This document shows positions 19,407 to 33,572 of a stretch of DNA of 64,000 bases, piece by piece. The DNA comes from the human T2T-CHM13v2.0 reference genome, Homo sapiens: contig CP086569.2 of NCBI GenBank assembly GCA_009914755.4, positions 35,712,001 to 35,776,000 of the forward strand. Reading direction: 5' to 3'. Below the pieces are notes generated by a model. That model made no database searches. It saw only the letters and a program-made list of their open reading frames with translations, and was not told where the DNA came from. Position 1 is the first letter of the stretch. Each line of letters begins with the position of its first letter. The position numbers and the translations under genes were made by a program.

Positions 19407-22400
19407 GGACTCGTTTGGAATGGTCTAGTATGCAATGCAATCGACTGGCAGGGAATCAAAAGGAATGTAATCGAATGGATTGGACTGGAATGCAATGGAC
19501 TCGAATAGATTGGAAACGGAATGCAAAGGAATGGAATGGAATAGTATGGAATGGAATGGAAAGGAATGGAGTGGAATAGACTAGAGTGGAATGGAATGGA
19601 CTCAAAAGCAATGGACTGGAATGGAACTTTCTTGAATGGACTGGAATCAAACGGAATGGAATGCAATGCAATCAAATGGCATGGAATAAAATAGAATGAA
19701 AGAGAATCAAATGGAATTGAATGGAATGGAATCGAATGGATTGGAAAGGAATAGAATGGAATGGAATGGAATTGACTCAAATGGAATGGACTAGAATGGA
19801 ATGGATTCGAATGGAAGGCAAAGGAATGGAATCTATTGGAATGGACTGTAATGGAATGGAATGGAAGGGATTGGAATGGACTCGAATGGAATGGACTGCA
19901 ATAGAAAGGATTCGAATGGAATGAAAAAGAATTGAATGGAATAGAACAGAATGGAATCAAATCGAATGAAATGGAATGGAATAGAAAGGAATGGAATGAA
20001 ATGGAATGGAAAGGATTCGAATGGAATGCAATCGAATGGAATGGAATCGAACGGAATGGAATAAAATGGAAGAAAACTGGCAAGAAATGGAATCGAAATG
20101 AATGGAGTGTTATGGAACGGACTCAAAAGGAATTGAATGTAATAGAATTGAGTGAAGTGGACTCGAATATAATGGACTGGAATGGAATGAAATCACATGG
20201 AATGGGAACGAATGGAATGGAATGGAAAGGAATGGAATCGAATGGAAAGGAATGGAATGGAAGGGAATGAAACTGAATCAACAGGAATGGAAGGGAGTAG
20301 AATAGACGGTAATGGAATGGACTCGAATAGAATGGACACGAATGCACAAATTGAATGGACTCGAATGGAATGGAAACGAAAGGAATGTCATCGAATGGAA
20401 TTGAATCGATTGGAATGAAATCGCATAGAATGGAGTGGAATCAAATGGAATTGAATCGAAAGGAAAGGAAGCGAATGGACTGAAATGGAATGGAATGGAA
20501 TGGAAAGTAATGCAATGGAATAGAATGGAACGAAATTTCACGGAATGGAATCAAACTGAATAGAATCAAATCAATGGAATATAATCAAATGGAATGGAAA
20601 GGAATTGAATGGAGTAGATTGGATTGGATGGGATTGGAATGAAATGGAATGGAAAGGACTCGAATTTCATGAAACGGAATGGAATGAATTGGAACGGAAT
20701 GGACTCGAATGGAATGGAATGTCATGGAATTGCATCAAATGGAATGGCATCAAAGGGAATGGAATCGAATGCAATGGAATGCTATGGAATGGAATGGAAT
20801 GCATTGGAATGGAATGTCCTCTAATGGAATGGATTCGAGTGGAATGGAATCGAATATAATGGAGTCGAATGAAATGGAATTGAAAGGAATGGGATCGAAT
20901 ACAATGGAATATACTGGAATGTAACGTAATGAACTCGAATGTAATTGACTGGAATGGAATGTACACGAATGGAATGTAATCGAATGGAAAGTAATCCAAT
21001 GGAATAGAATCTAATGCAATAAAATCGACTCAAATAGAATAGAATGCAATGGAATGGAGTGCAGTGCAATGGAATGGAATGGAATGGAATGCAATGGAAT
21101 GGAATGGAATGGAATGGAATGCAATGGGATGGAATGGTATGGAATGGATAGTAATGGACTGGAGTGAAATGGACTGGAAAGGAATGGACTCAAATTGAAA
21201 GGTCTCGAAAGGAATGGAGTCAAATGGAATGGTCTGGAATGGAATGAACACGAATGTAATGCAATCCAATAGAATGGAATCGAATGGCATGGAATATAAA
21301 GAAATGGAATCGAAGAGAATGGAAACAAATGGAATGGAATTGAATGGAATGGAATTGAATGGAATGGGAACGAATGGAGTGAAATTGTATGCAGTAGAAG
21401 AGAATAGAATGGAATGCAAGCGAAAGGAAAGGAATGGATTGGAATGGAATGGAATTCATTGGAATGGAAGGGAATGTAGTGTAATGGACAGGCCTGGAAT
21501 AAAGTGGAATGCTACGGTCTCGAATGGAATAAAAATGTATGGAATGGAATGCAATGAAACGGAATCGAATGTCATAGAATGTAATGGAATGCAAAAAAAT
21601 GGAATCCAAAATCATTGACTGGAAAGGCTGGGTGTCGAAAGGAATTGACTCCAATGGAATGGAATCGAATGGAATGGAAGTGAATAGAATCGAACTAAAT
21701 CGAATGGAATGGAATTGATAGGAACGGAATGGAAAGGAATGCAATGATTTGGCATGGAATGGAATCGAATGGCATCGAATGGAATGGAATGGAATGCAAT
21801 GGAATGGAATATATTAGAATGTAATGAACTTTAATGGAATGTACTCGAATGGATTCGACTGGAATGGAATGTTCTGGAAGTGAATGGACTCCAATGGAAT
21901 GGATTCGAAAGGAATAGAATCGTACGGAATGGAATCTAATGGAATGGAATTAAATGGAAATGAATCAAATTGAATAGCACGGAATTGAATTGAATGGAAT
22001 GGAATGCAATGGAATCTAATGAAACGGAAAGGAAAGGAATGGAATGGAATGGAATGGGCTGGAATGGAAAGGAATCGAAACGAATGGAATGGAATCGAAC
22101 TGAAGAGACTGGAATGGAATGCACTGGAATGGAAGGGAGTGTAATGGAAGGTTCTCGAAAAAAATGGAATCGAATGGAATGGAATTGAATGGAACGGAAT
22201 AGAGTCGAATGGAATTGAATGGAATGGAATGGACTAGAGTGAAATGGAATCGAACCACAAGGAATGGACAGGAATAGAATGGTCTCGAATTGAATGGAAT
22301 CGTATGGAATGGCATCAAACGGAATGGAATGGACAGCCACGGAATGGAATGCACTCGAATGCAATGGAGTCGAAACTAATGGACTGGAATAGAATGGACT

Positions 22401-22950
22401 CGACTGGTACGGACTCCAATGGAATGGAATCGAATGCAAGGGAATCGAACGGAATGGACTCGAAGGGAAAAGACTGCAATGGAAAGGTCTCGAATGGAAT
22501 GGAAATTAATGGAATGGATTGGAATCGAATGAAATGGAGTCAAAAGGAATGGAATCGAATGGCAAGAAATCAAATGTAATGGAATCGCAAGGAATTGATG
22601 TGAACGGAACGGAATGGAATGGAATCCAAAGGAATGGAATAGAATGGAATGGAATCGAATGGAAAGGACTCGAATGGAAATCACTCGAATAGAATGCAAT
22701 TTAATAAAATAGGATCAAATGTAATGGAATGGAATGGAAAGGAATCGAAACGAAAGGAATGGAGACAGATGGAATGGAATGGAACAGAGAGCAATGGTAT
22801 AGAATGGAATGGAATCATCTGGAATGGAATTGAATGGAATGGAATAACATGAAATGGAATGGAATGGAATGGAATGCCCTTGAATTAAATGGACTGGAAT
22901 GGAATGGACTCGAACAGAGTGGAATGGAAAGTGTTGAAATATAATGGAAT
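19407..22950. repeat. DYZ1 unit 2 (3,544 bp), variant A
   Basis: Anchor spacing. Near-identical to unit 4 at a 7,093-bp offset: the ORF-track entries at 20605, 20667, 21214 and 21936 recur at 27698, 27760, 28307 and 29029 with identical translations. Confidence 0.85.
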
Positions 22951-25900
22951 GGACTCCTTTGGAATGGTCTAGTGTGCAATGCAATCGACTGGCAGGGAAT
23001 CAAAAGGAATGTAATCGAATGGATTGGACTGGAATGCAATGGATTCGAATAGATTGGAAACGGAATGCAAAGGAATGGAATGGAATAGTATGGAATGGAA
23101 TGGAAAGTAATGGAGTGGAATAGACTAGAGTGGAATGGAATGGACTGGAAAGCAATGGACTGGAATGGAACTTTCTTGAATGGAGTGGAATCAAACGGAA
23201 TGGAATGCACTGCAATCAAATGGCATGGAATAAAATAGAATGAAAGAGAATCAAACGGAATTGAATCGAATGGAATCGAATGGATTGGAAAGGAATAGAA
23301 TGGAATGGAATGGAATTGACTCAAATGGAATGGACTAGAATGGAATGGATTCGAATGGAAGGCAAAGGAATGGAATCTATTGGAATGGACTGTAATGGAA
23401 TGGAATGGAAGGGATTGGAATGGACTCGAATGGAATGGACTGCAATAGAAAGGATTCGAATGGAATGAAAAAGAATTGAATGGAATAGAACAGAATGGAA
23501 TCAAATCGAATGAAATTGAATGGAATAGTAAGGAATGGAATGAAATGGAATGGAAAGGATTCGAATGGAATGCAATCGAATGGAATGCAATCGAATGGAA
23601 TGGAATCGAACGGAATGGAATAAAATGGAAGAAAACTGGCAAGAAATGGAATCGAAATGAATGGAGTGTTATGGAACGGACTCAAAAGGAATTGAATGTA
23701 ATAGAATGGAGTGGAGTGGACTCGAATATAATGGACTGGAATGGAATGAAATCACATGGAATGGGAACGAATGGAATGGAATGGAAAGGAATGGAATCGA
23801 ATGGAAAGGAATCGAATGGAAGGGAATGAAATTGAATCAACAGGAATGGAAGGGAATAGAATAGACGGTAATGGAATGGACTCGAATAGAATGGACACGA
23901 ATGCTCACATTGAATGGACTCGAGTGGAATGGAAACGAAACGAATGTCATCGAATGGAATTGAATCGATTGGAATGAAATCGCATAGAATGGACTGGAAT
24001 CAAATGGAATTGAGTCGAAAGGAAAGGAAGCGAATGGACTGAAATGAAATGGAATGGAATTGAATGGAAAGTAATGCAATGGAATAGAATGGAACGAAAT
24101 TTCACGGAATGGAATCAAACTGAATGGAATCAAATCAATGGAATATAATCAAATGGAATGGAAAGGAATTGAATGGAGTAGATGGGACTGGATGGGATTG
24201 GAATGAAATGTACTGGAAAGGACTCGAATTTCATGAAACGGAATGGAATGAATTGGAACGGAATGGACTCGATTGGAATGGAATGTCATGGAATGGCATC
24301 AAATGGAATGGAATCGAATGCAATGGAATGCTATGGAATGGAATGGAATGCATTGGAATGGAATGTCCTCTAATGGAATGGATTCGAGTGGAATGGAATC
24401 GAATATAATGGAGTCGAATGAAATGGAATTGAAAGGAATGGGATCGAATACAATGGAATATACTGGAATGTAACGTAATGAACTCGAATGTAATTGACTG
24501 GAATGGAATGTACATGAATGGAATGTAATCGAATGGAAAGTAATCCAATGGAATAGAATCTAATGCAATAAAATCGACTCAAATAGAATAGAATGCAATG
24601 GAATGGAGTGCAGTGCAATGGAATGGAAGGGAATGGAATGCAATGGAATGGAATGTAATGGAATGGAATGGAATGGGATGGAATGGTATGGAATGGATAG
24701 TAATGGACTGGAGTGAAATGGACTGGAAAGGAATGGACTCAAATTGAAAGGGCTCGAAAGGAATGCAGTCAAATGGAATGATCTGGAATGGAATGAACAC
24801 GAATGTAATGCAATCCAATAGAATGGAATCGAATGGCATGGAATATAAAGAAATGGAATCGAAGAGAATGGAAACAAATGGAATGGAATTGAATGGAATG
24901 GAATTGAATGGAATGAGAATGAATGGAGTGAAATTGTATGCAGTAGAAGAGAATAGAATGGAATGCAAGCGAAAGGAAAGGAATGGATTGGAATGGAATG
25001 GAATTCATTGGAATGGAAGGGAATGTAGTGTAATGGACAGGCCTGGAATAAAGTGGAATGCTACGGTCTCGAATGGAATAAAAATGTATGGAATGGAATG
25101 CAATGAAACGGAATCGAATGTCATAGAATGTAATGGAATGCAAAAAAATGGAATCCAAAATCATTGACTGGAAAGGCTGGGTGTCGAAAGGAATTGACTC
25201 CAATGGAATGGAATCGAATGGAATGGAAGTGAATAGAATCGAACTAAATCGAATGGAATGGAATTGATAGGAACGGAATGGAAAGGAATGCAATGATTTG
25301 GCATGGAATGGAATCGAATGGCATCGAATGGAATGGAATGGAATGCAATGGAATGGAATGTATTAGAATGTAATGAACTTTAATGGAATGTACTCGAATG
25401 GATTCGACTGGAATGGAATGTTCTGGAAGTGAATGGACTCCAATGGAATGGATTCGAAAGGAATGGAATCGTACGGAATGGAATCTAATGGAATGGAATT
25501 AAATGGAAATGAATCAAATTGAATAGCACGGAACTGAATTGAATGGAATCGAATGCAATGGAATCTAATGAAACGGAAAGGAAAGGAATGGAATGGAATG
25601 GAATGGGCTGGAATGGAATGGAATCGAAACAAATGGAATGGAATCGAACTGAAGAGACTGGAATGGAATGCACTGGAATGGAAGGGAGTGTAATGGAAGG
25701 TTCTCGAAAAAAATGGAATCGAATGGAATGGAATTGAATGGAACGGAATAGAGTCGAATGGAATTGAATGGAATGGAATGGACTAGAGTGAAATGGAATC
25801 GAACCACAAGGAATGGACAGGAATAGAATGGTCTCGAATTGAATGGAATCGTATGGAATGGCATCAAACGGAATGGAATGGACAGCCACGGAATGGAATG

Positions 25901-26499
25901 CACTCGAATGCAATGGAGTCGAAACTAATGGACTGGAATAGAATGGACTCGACTGGTACGGACTCCAATGGAATGGAATCGAATGGAAGGGAATCGAACG
26001 GAATGGACTCGAAGGCAAAAGACTGCAATGGAAAGGTGTCGAATGGAATGGAAATTAATGGAATGGAATGGAATCGAATGAAATGGAGTCAAAAGGAATG
26101 GAATCGAATGGCAAGAAATCGAATGTAATGGAATCGCAAGGAATTGATGTGAACGGAACGGAATGGAATGGAATCCAAAGGAATGGAATAGAATGGAATG
26201 GAATCGAATGGAAAGGACTCGAATGGAAATCACTCGAATAGAATGCAATTTAATAAAATAGGATCAAATGTAATGGAATGGAATGGAAAGGAATCGAAAC
26301 GAAAGGAATGGAGACAGATGGAATGGAATGGAACAGAGAGCAATGGTATAGAATGGAATGGAATCATCTGGAATGGAATTGAATGGAATGGAATAACATG
26401 AAATGGAATGGAATGGAATGGAATGCCTTTGAATTAAATGGACTGGAATGGAATGGTCTCGAACAGAGTGGAATGGAAAGTATTGGAATAGAATGGAAT
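22951..26499. repeat. DYZ1 unit 3 (3,549 bp), variant B
   Basis: Near-identical to unit 5 at a 7,093-bp offset (the 275-aa ORF at 22815..23642 recurs as 29908..30735; 24124 recurs as 31217). Confidence 0.85.
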
Positions 26500-29400
26500 G
26501 GACTCGTTTGGAATGGTGTAGTATGCAATGCAATCGACTGGCAGGGAATCAAAAGGAATGTAATCGAATGGATTGGACTGGAATGCAATGGACTCGAATA
26601 GATTGGAAACGGAATGCAAAGGAATGGAATGGAATAGTATGGAATGGAATGGAAAGGAATGGAGTGGAATAGACTAGAGTGGAATGGAATGGACTGGAAA
26701 GCAATGGACTGGAATGGAACTTTCTTGAATGGACTGGAATCAAACGGAATGGAATGCAATGCAATCAAATGGCATGGAATAAAATAGAATGAAAGAGAAT
26801 CAAATGGAATTGAATCGAATGGAATCGAATGGATTGGAAAGGAATAGAATGGAATGGAATGGAATTGACTCAAATGGAATGGACTAGAATGGAATGGATT
26901 CGAATGGAAGGCAAAGGAATGGAATCTATTGGAATGGACTGTAATGGAATGGAATGGAAGGGATTGGAATGGACTCGAATGGAATGGACTGCAATAGAAA
27001 GGATTCGAATGGAATGAAAAAGAATTGAATGGAATAGAACAGAATGGAATCAAATCGAATGAAATGGAATGGAATAGAAAGGAATGGAATGAAATGGAAT
27101 GGAAAGGATTTGAATGGAATGCAATCGAATGGAATGGAATCGAACGGAAAGGAATAAAATGGAAGAAAACTGGCAAGAAATGGAATCGAAATGAATGGAG
27201 TGTTATGGAACGGACTCAAAAGGAATTGAATGTAATAGAATTGAGTGAAGTGGACTCGAATATAATGGACTGGAATGGAATGAAATCACATGGAATGGGA
27301 ACGAATGGAATGGAATGGAAAGGAATGGAATCGAATGGAAAGGAATGGAATGGAAGGGAATGAAACTGAATCAACAGGAATGGAAGGGAGTAGAATAGAC
27401 GGTAATGGAATGGACTCGAATAGAATGGACACGAATGCACAAATTGAATGGACTCGAATGGAATGGAAACGAAAGGAATGTCATCGAATGGAATTGAATC
27501 GATTGGAATGAAATCGCATAGAATGGAGTGGAATCAAATGGAATTGAATCGAAAGGAAAGGAAGCGAATGGACTGAAATGGAATGGAATGGAATGGAAAG
27601 TAATGCAATGGAATAGAATGGAACGAAATTTCACGGAATGGAATCAAACTGAATAGAATCAAATCAATGGAATATAATCAAATGGAATGGAAAGGAATTG
27701 AATGGAGTAGATTGGATTGGATGGGATTGGAATGAAATGGAATGGAAAGGACTCGAATTTCATGAAACGGAATGGAATGAATTGGAACGGAATGGACTCG
27801 AATGGAATGGAATGTCATGGAATTGCATCAAATGGAATGGCATCAAAGGGAATGGAATCGAATGCAATGGAATGCTATGGAATGGAATGGAATGCATTGG
27901 AATGGAATGTCCTCTAATGGAATGGATTCGAGTGGAATGGAATCGAATATAATGGAGTCGAATGAAATGGAATTGAAAGGAATGGGATCGAATACAATGG
28001 AATATACTGGAATGTAACGTAATGAACTCGAATGTAATTGACTGGAATGGAATGTACACGAATGGAATGTAATCGAATGGAAAGTAATCCAATGGAATAG
28101 AATCTAATGCAATAAAATCGACTCAAATAGAATAGAATGCAATGGAATGGAGTGCAGTGCAATGGAATGGAATGGAATGGAATGCAATGGAATGGAATGG
28201 AATGGAATGGAATGCAATGGGATGGAATGGTATGGAATGGATAGTAATGGACTGGAGTGAAATGGACTGGAAAGGAATGGACTCAAATTGAAAGGTCTCG
28301 AAAGGAATGGAGTCAAATGGAATGGTCTGGAATGGAATGAACACGAATGTAATGCAATCCAATAGAATGGAATCGAATGGCATGGAATATAAAGAAATGG
28401 AATCGAAGAGAATGGAAACAAATGGAATGGAATTGAATGGAATGGAATTGAATGGAATGGGAACGAATGGAGTGAAATTGTATGCAGTAGAAGAGAATAG
28501 AATGGAATGCAAGCGAAAGGAAAGGAATGGATTGGAATGGAATGGAATTCATTGGAATGGAAGGGAATGTAGTGTAATGGACAGGCCTGGAATAAAGTGG
28601 AATGCTACGGTCTCGAATGGAATAAAAATGTATGGAATGGAATGCAATGAAACGGAATCGAATGTCATAGAATGTAATGGAATGCAAAAAAATGGAATCC
28701 AAAATCATTGACTGGAAAGGCTGGGTGTCGAAAGGAATTGACTCCAATGGAATGGAATCGAATGGAATGGAAGTGAATAGAATCGAACTAAATCGAATGG
28801 AATGGAATTGATAGGAACGGAATGGAAAGGAATGCAATGATTTGGCATGGAATGGAATCGAATGGCATCGAATGGAATGGAATGGAATGCAATGGAATGG
28901 AATATATTAGAATGTAATGAACTTTAATGGAATGTACTCGAATGGATTCGACTGGAATGGAATGTTCTGGAAGTGAATGGACTCCAATGGAATGGATTCG
29001 AAAGGAATAGAATCGTACGGAATGGAATCTAATGGAATGGAATTAAATGGAAATGAATCAAATTGAATAGCACGGAATTGAATTGAATGGAATGGAATGC
29101 AATGGAATCTAATGAAACGGAAAGGAAAGGAATGGAATGGAATGGAATGGGCTGGAATGGAAAGGAATCGAAACGAATGGAATGGAATCGAACTGAAGAG
29201 ACTGGAATGGAATGCACTGGAATGGAAGGGAGTGTAATGGAAGGTTCTCGAAAAAAATGGAATCGAATGGAATGGAATTGAATGGAACGGAATAGAGTCG
29301 AATGGAATTGAATGGAATGGAATGGACTAGAGTGAAATGGAATCGAACCACAAGGAATGGACAGGAATAGAATGGTCTCGAATTGAATGGAATCGTATGG

Positions 29401-30043
29401 AATGGCATCAAACGGAATGGAATGGACAGCCACGGAATGGAATGCACTCGAATGCAATGGAGTCGAAACTAATGGACTGGAATAGAATGGACTCGACTGG
29501 TACGGACTCCAATGGAATGGAATCGAATGCAAGGGAATCGAACGGAATGGACTCGAAGGGAAAAGACTGCAATGGAAAGGTCTCGAATGGAATGGAAATT
29601 AATGGAATGGATTGGAATCGAATGAAATGGAGTCAAAAGGAATGGAATCGAATGGCAAGAAATCAAATGTAATGGAATCGCAAGGAATTGATGTGAACGG
29701 AACGGAATGGAATGGAATCCAAAGGAATGGAATAGAATGGAATGGAATCGAATGGAAAGGACTCGAATGGAAATCACTCGAATAGAATGCAATTTAATAA
29801 AATAGGATCAAATGTAATGGAATGGAATGGAAAGGAATCGAAATGAAAGGAATGGAGACAGATGGAATGGAATGGAACAGAGAGCAATGGTATAGAATGG
29901 AATGGAATCATCTGGAATGGAATTGAATGGAATGGAATAACATGAAATGGAATGGAATGGAATGGAATGCCCTTGAATTAAATGGACTGGAATGGAATGG
30001 ACTCGAACAGAGTGGAATGGAAAGTGTTGAAATATAATGGAAT
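26500..30043. repeat. DYZ1 unit 4 (3,544 bp), variant A
   Basis: See unit 2. Confidence 0.85.
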
Positions 30044-33000
30044 GGACTCCTTTGGAATGGTCTAGTATGCAATGCAATCGACTGGCAGGGAATCAAAAGG
30101 AATGTAATCGAATGGATTGGACTGGAATGCAATGGATTCGAATAGATTGGAAACGGAATGCAAAGGAATGGAATGGAATAGTATGGAATGGAATGGAAAG
30201 TAATGGAGTGGAATAGACTAGAGTGGAATGGAATGGACTGGAAAGCAATGGACTGGAATGGAACTTTCTTGAATGGAGTGGAATCAAACGGAATGGAATG
30301 CACTGCAATCAAATGGCATGGAATAAAATAGAATGAAAGAGAATCAAACGGAATTGAATCGAATGGAATCGAATGGATTGGAAAGGAATAGAATGGAATG
30401 GAATGGAATTGACTCAAATGGAATGGACTAGAATGGAATGGATTCGAATGGAAGGCAAAGGAATGGAATCTATTGGAATGGACTGTAATGGAATGGAATG
30501 GAAGGGATTGGAATGGACTCGAATGGAATGGACTGCAATAGAAAGGATTCGAATGGAATGAAAAAGAATTGAATGGAATAGAACAGAATGGAATCAAATC
30601 GAATGAAATTGAATGGAATAGTAAGGAATGGAATGAAATGGAATGGAAAGGATTCGAATGGAATGCAATCGAATGGAATGCAATCGAATGGAATGGAATC
30701 GAACGGAATGGAATAAAATGGAAGAAAACTGGCAAGAAATGGAATCGAAATGAATGGAGTGTTATGGAACGGACTCAAAAGGAATTGAATGTAATAGAAT
30801 GGAGTGGAGTGGACTCGAATATAATGGACTGGAATGGAATGAAATCACATGGAATGGGAACGAATGGAATGGAATGGAAAGGAATGGAATCGAATGGAAA
30901 GGAATCGAATGGAAGGGAATGAAATTGAATCAACAGGAATGGAAGGGAATAGAATAGACGGTAATGGAATGGACTCGAATAGAATGGACACGAATGCTCA
31001 CATTGAATGGACTCGAGTGGAATGGAAACGAAACGAATGTCATCGAATGGAATTGAATCGATTGGAATGAAATCGCATAGAATGGACTGGAATCAAATGG
31101 AATTGAGTCGAAAGGAAAGGAAGCGAATGGACTGAAATGAAATGGAATGGAATTGAATGGAAAGTAATGCAATGGAATAGAATGGAACGAAATTTCACGG
31201 AATGGAATCAAACTGAATGGAATCAAATCAATGGAATATAATCAAATGGAATGGAAAGGAATTGAATGGAGTAGATGGGACTGGATGGGATTGGAATGAA
31301 ATGTACTGGAAAGGACTCGAATTTCATGAAACGGAATGGAATGAATTGGAACGGAATGGACTCGATTGGAATGGAATGTCATGGAATGGCATCAAATGGA
31401 ATGGAATCGAATGCAATGGAATGCTATGGAATGGAATGGAATGCATTGGAATGGAATGTCCTCTAATGGAATGGATTCGAGTGGAATGGAATCGAATATA
31501 ATGGAGTCGAATGAAATGGAATTGAAAGGAATGGGATCGAATACAATGGAATATACTGGAATGTAACGTAATGAACTCGAATGTAATTGACTGGAATGGA
31601 ATGTACATGAATGGAATGTAATCGAATGGAAAGTAATCCAATGGAATAGAATCTAATGCAATAAAATCGACTCAAATAGAATAGAATGGAATGGAATGGA
31701 GTGCAGTGCAATGGAATGGAAGGGAATGGAATGCAATGGAATGGAATGTAATGGAATGGAATGGAATGGGATGGAATGGTATGGAATGGATAGTAATGGA
31801 CTGGAGTGAAATGGACTGGAAAGGAATGGACTCAAATTGAAAGGGCTCGAAAGGAATGCAGTCAAATGGAATGATCTGGAATGGAATGAACACGAATGTA
31901 ATGCAATCCAATAGAATGGAATCGAATGGCATGGAATATAAAGAAATGGAATCGAAGAGAATGGAAACAAATGGAATGGAATTGAATGGAATGGAATTGA
32001 ATGGAATGAGAATGAATGGAGTGAAATTGTATGCAGTAGAAGAGAATAGAATGGAATGCAAGCGAAAGGAAAGGAATGGATTGGAATGGAATGGAATTCA
32101 TTGGAATGGAAGGGAATGTAGTGTAATGGACAGGCCTGGAATAAAGTGGAATGCTACGGTCTCGAATGGAATAAAAATGTATGGAATGGAATGCAATGAA
32201 ACGGAATCGAATGTCATAGAATGTAATGGAATGCAAAAAAATGGAATCCAAAATCATTGACTGGAAAGGCTGGGTGTCGAAAGGAATTGACTCCAATGGA
32301 ATGGAATCGAATGGAATGGAAGTGAATAGAATCGAACTAAATCGAATGGAATGGAATTGATAGGAACGGAATGGAAAGGAATGCAATGATTTGGCATGGA
32401 ATGGAATCGAATGGCATCGAATGGAATGGAATGGAATGCAATGGAATGGAATGTATTAGAATGTAATGAACTTTAATGGAATGTACTCGAATGGATTCGA
32501 CTGGAATGGAATGTTCTGGAAGTGAATGGACTCCAATGGAATGGATTCGAAAGGAATGGAATCGTACGGAATGGAATCTAATGGAATGGAATTAAATGGA
32601 AATGAATCAAATTGAATAGCACGGAACTGAATTGAATGGAATCGAATGCAATGGAATCTAATGAAACGGAAAGGAAAGGAATGGAATGGAATGGAATGGG
32701 CTGGAATGGAATGGAATCGAACTGAAGAGACTGGAATGGAATGCACTGGAATGGAAGGGAGTGTAATGGAAGGTTCTCGAAAAAAATGGAATCGAATGGA
32801 ATGGAATTGAATGGAACGGAATAGAGTCGAATGGAATTGAATGGAATGGAATGGACTAGAGTGAAATGGAATCGAACCACAAGGAATGGACAGGAATAGA
32901 ATGGTCTCGAATTGAATGGAATCGTATGGAATGGCATCAAACGGAATGGAATGGACAGCCACGGAATGGAATGCACTCGAATGCAATGGAGTCGAAACTA

Positions 33001-33572
33001 ATGGACTGGAATAGAATGGACTCGACTGGTACGGACTCCAATGGAATGGAATCGAATGGAAGGGAATCGAACGGAATGGACTCGAAGGCAAAAGACTGCA
33101 ATGGAAAGGTGTCGAATGGAATGGAAATTAATGGAATGGAATGGAATCGAATGAAATGGAGTCAAAAGGAATGGAATCGAATGGCAAGAAATCGAATGTA
33201 ATGGAATCGCAAGGAATTGATGTGAACGGAACGGAATGGAATGGAATCCAAAGGAATGGAATAGAATGGAATGGAATCGAATGGAAAGGACTCGAATGGA
33301 AATCACTCGAATAGAATGCAATTTAATAAAATAGGATCAAATGTAATGGAATGGAATGGAAAGGAATCGAAACGAAAGGAATGGAGACAGATGGAATGGA
33401 ATGGAACAGAGAGCAATGGTATAGAATGGAATGGAATCATCTGGAATGGAATTGAATGGAATGGAATAACATGAAATGGAATGGAATGGAATGGAATGCC
33501 TTTGAATTAAATGGACTGGAATGGAATGGTCTCGAACAGAGTGGAATGGAAAGTGTTGGAATAGAATGGAAT
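30044..33572. repeat. DYZ1 unit 5 (3,529 bp), variant B with a ~20-bp deletion relative to unit 3
   Basis: See unit 3. The ORF 25485..26018 (177 aa) recurs as 32456..33091 (211 aa), consistent with a small indel. Confidence 0.8.
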
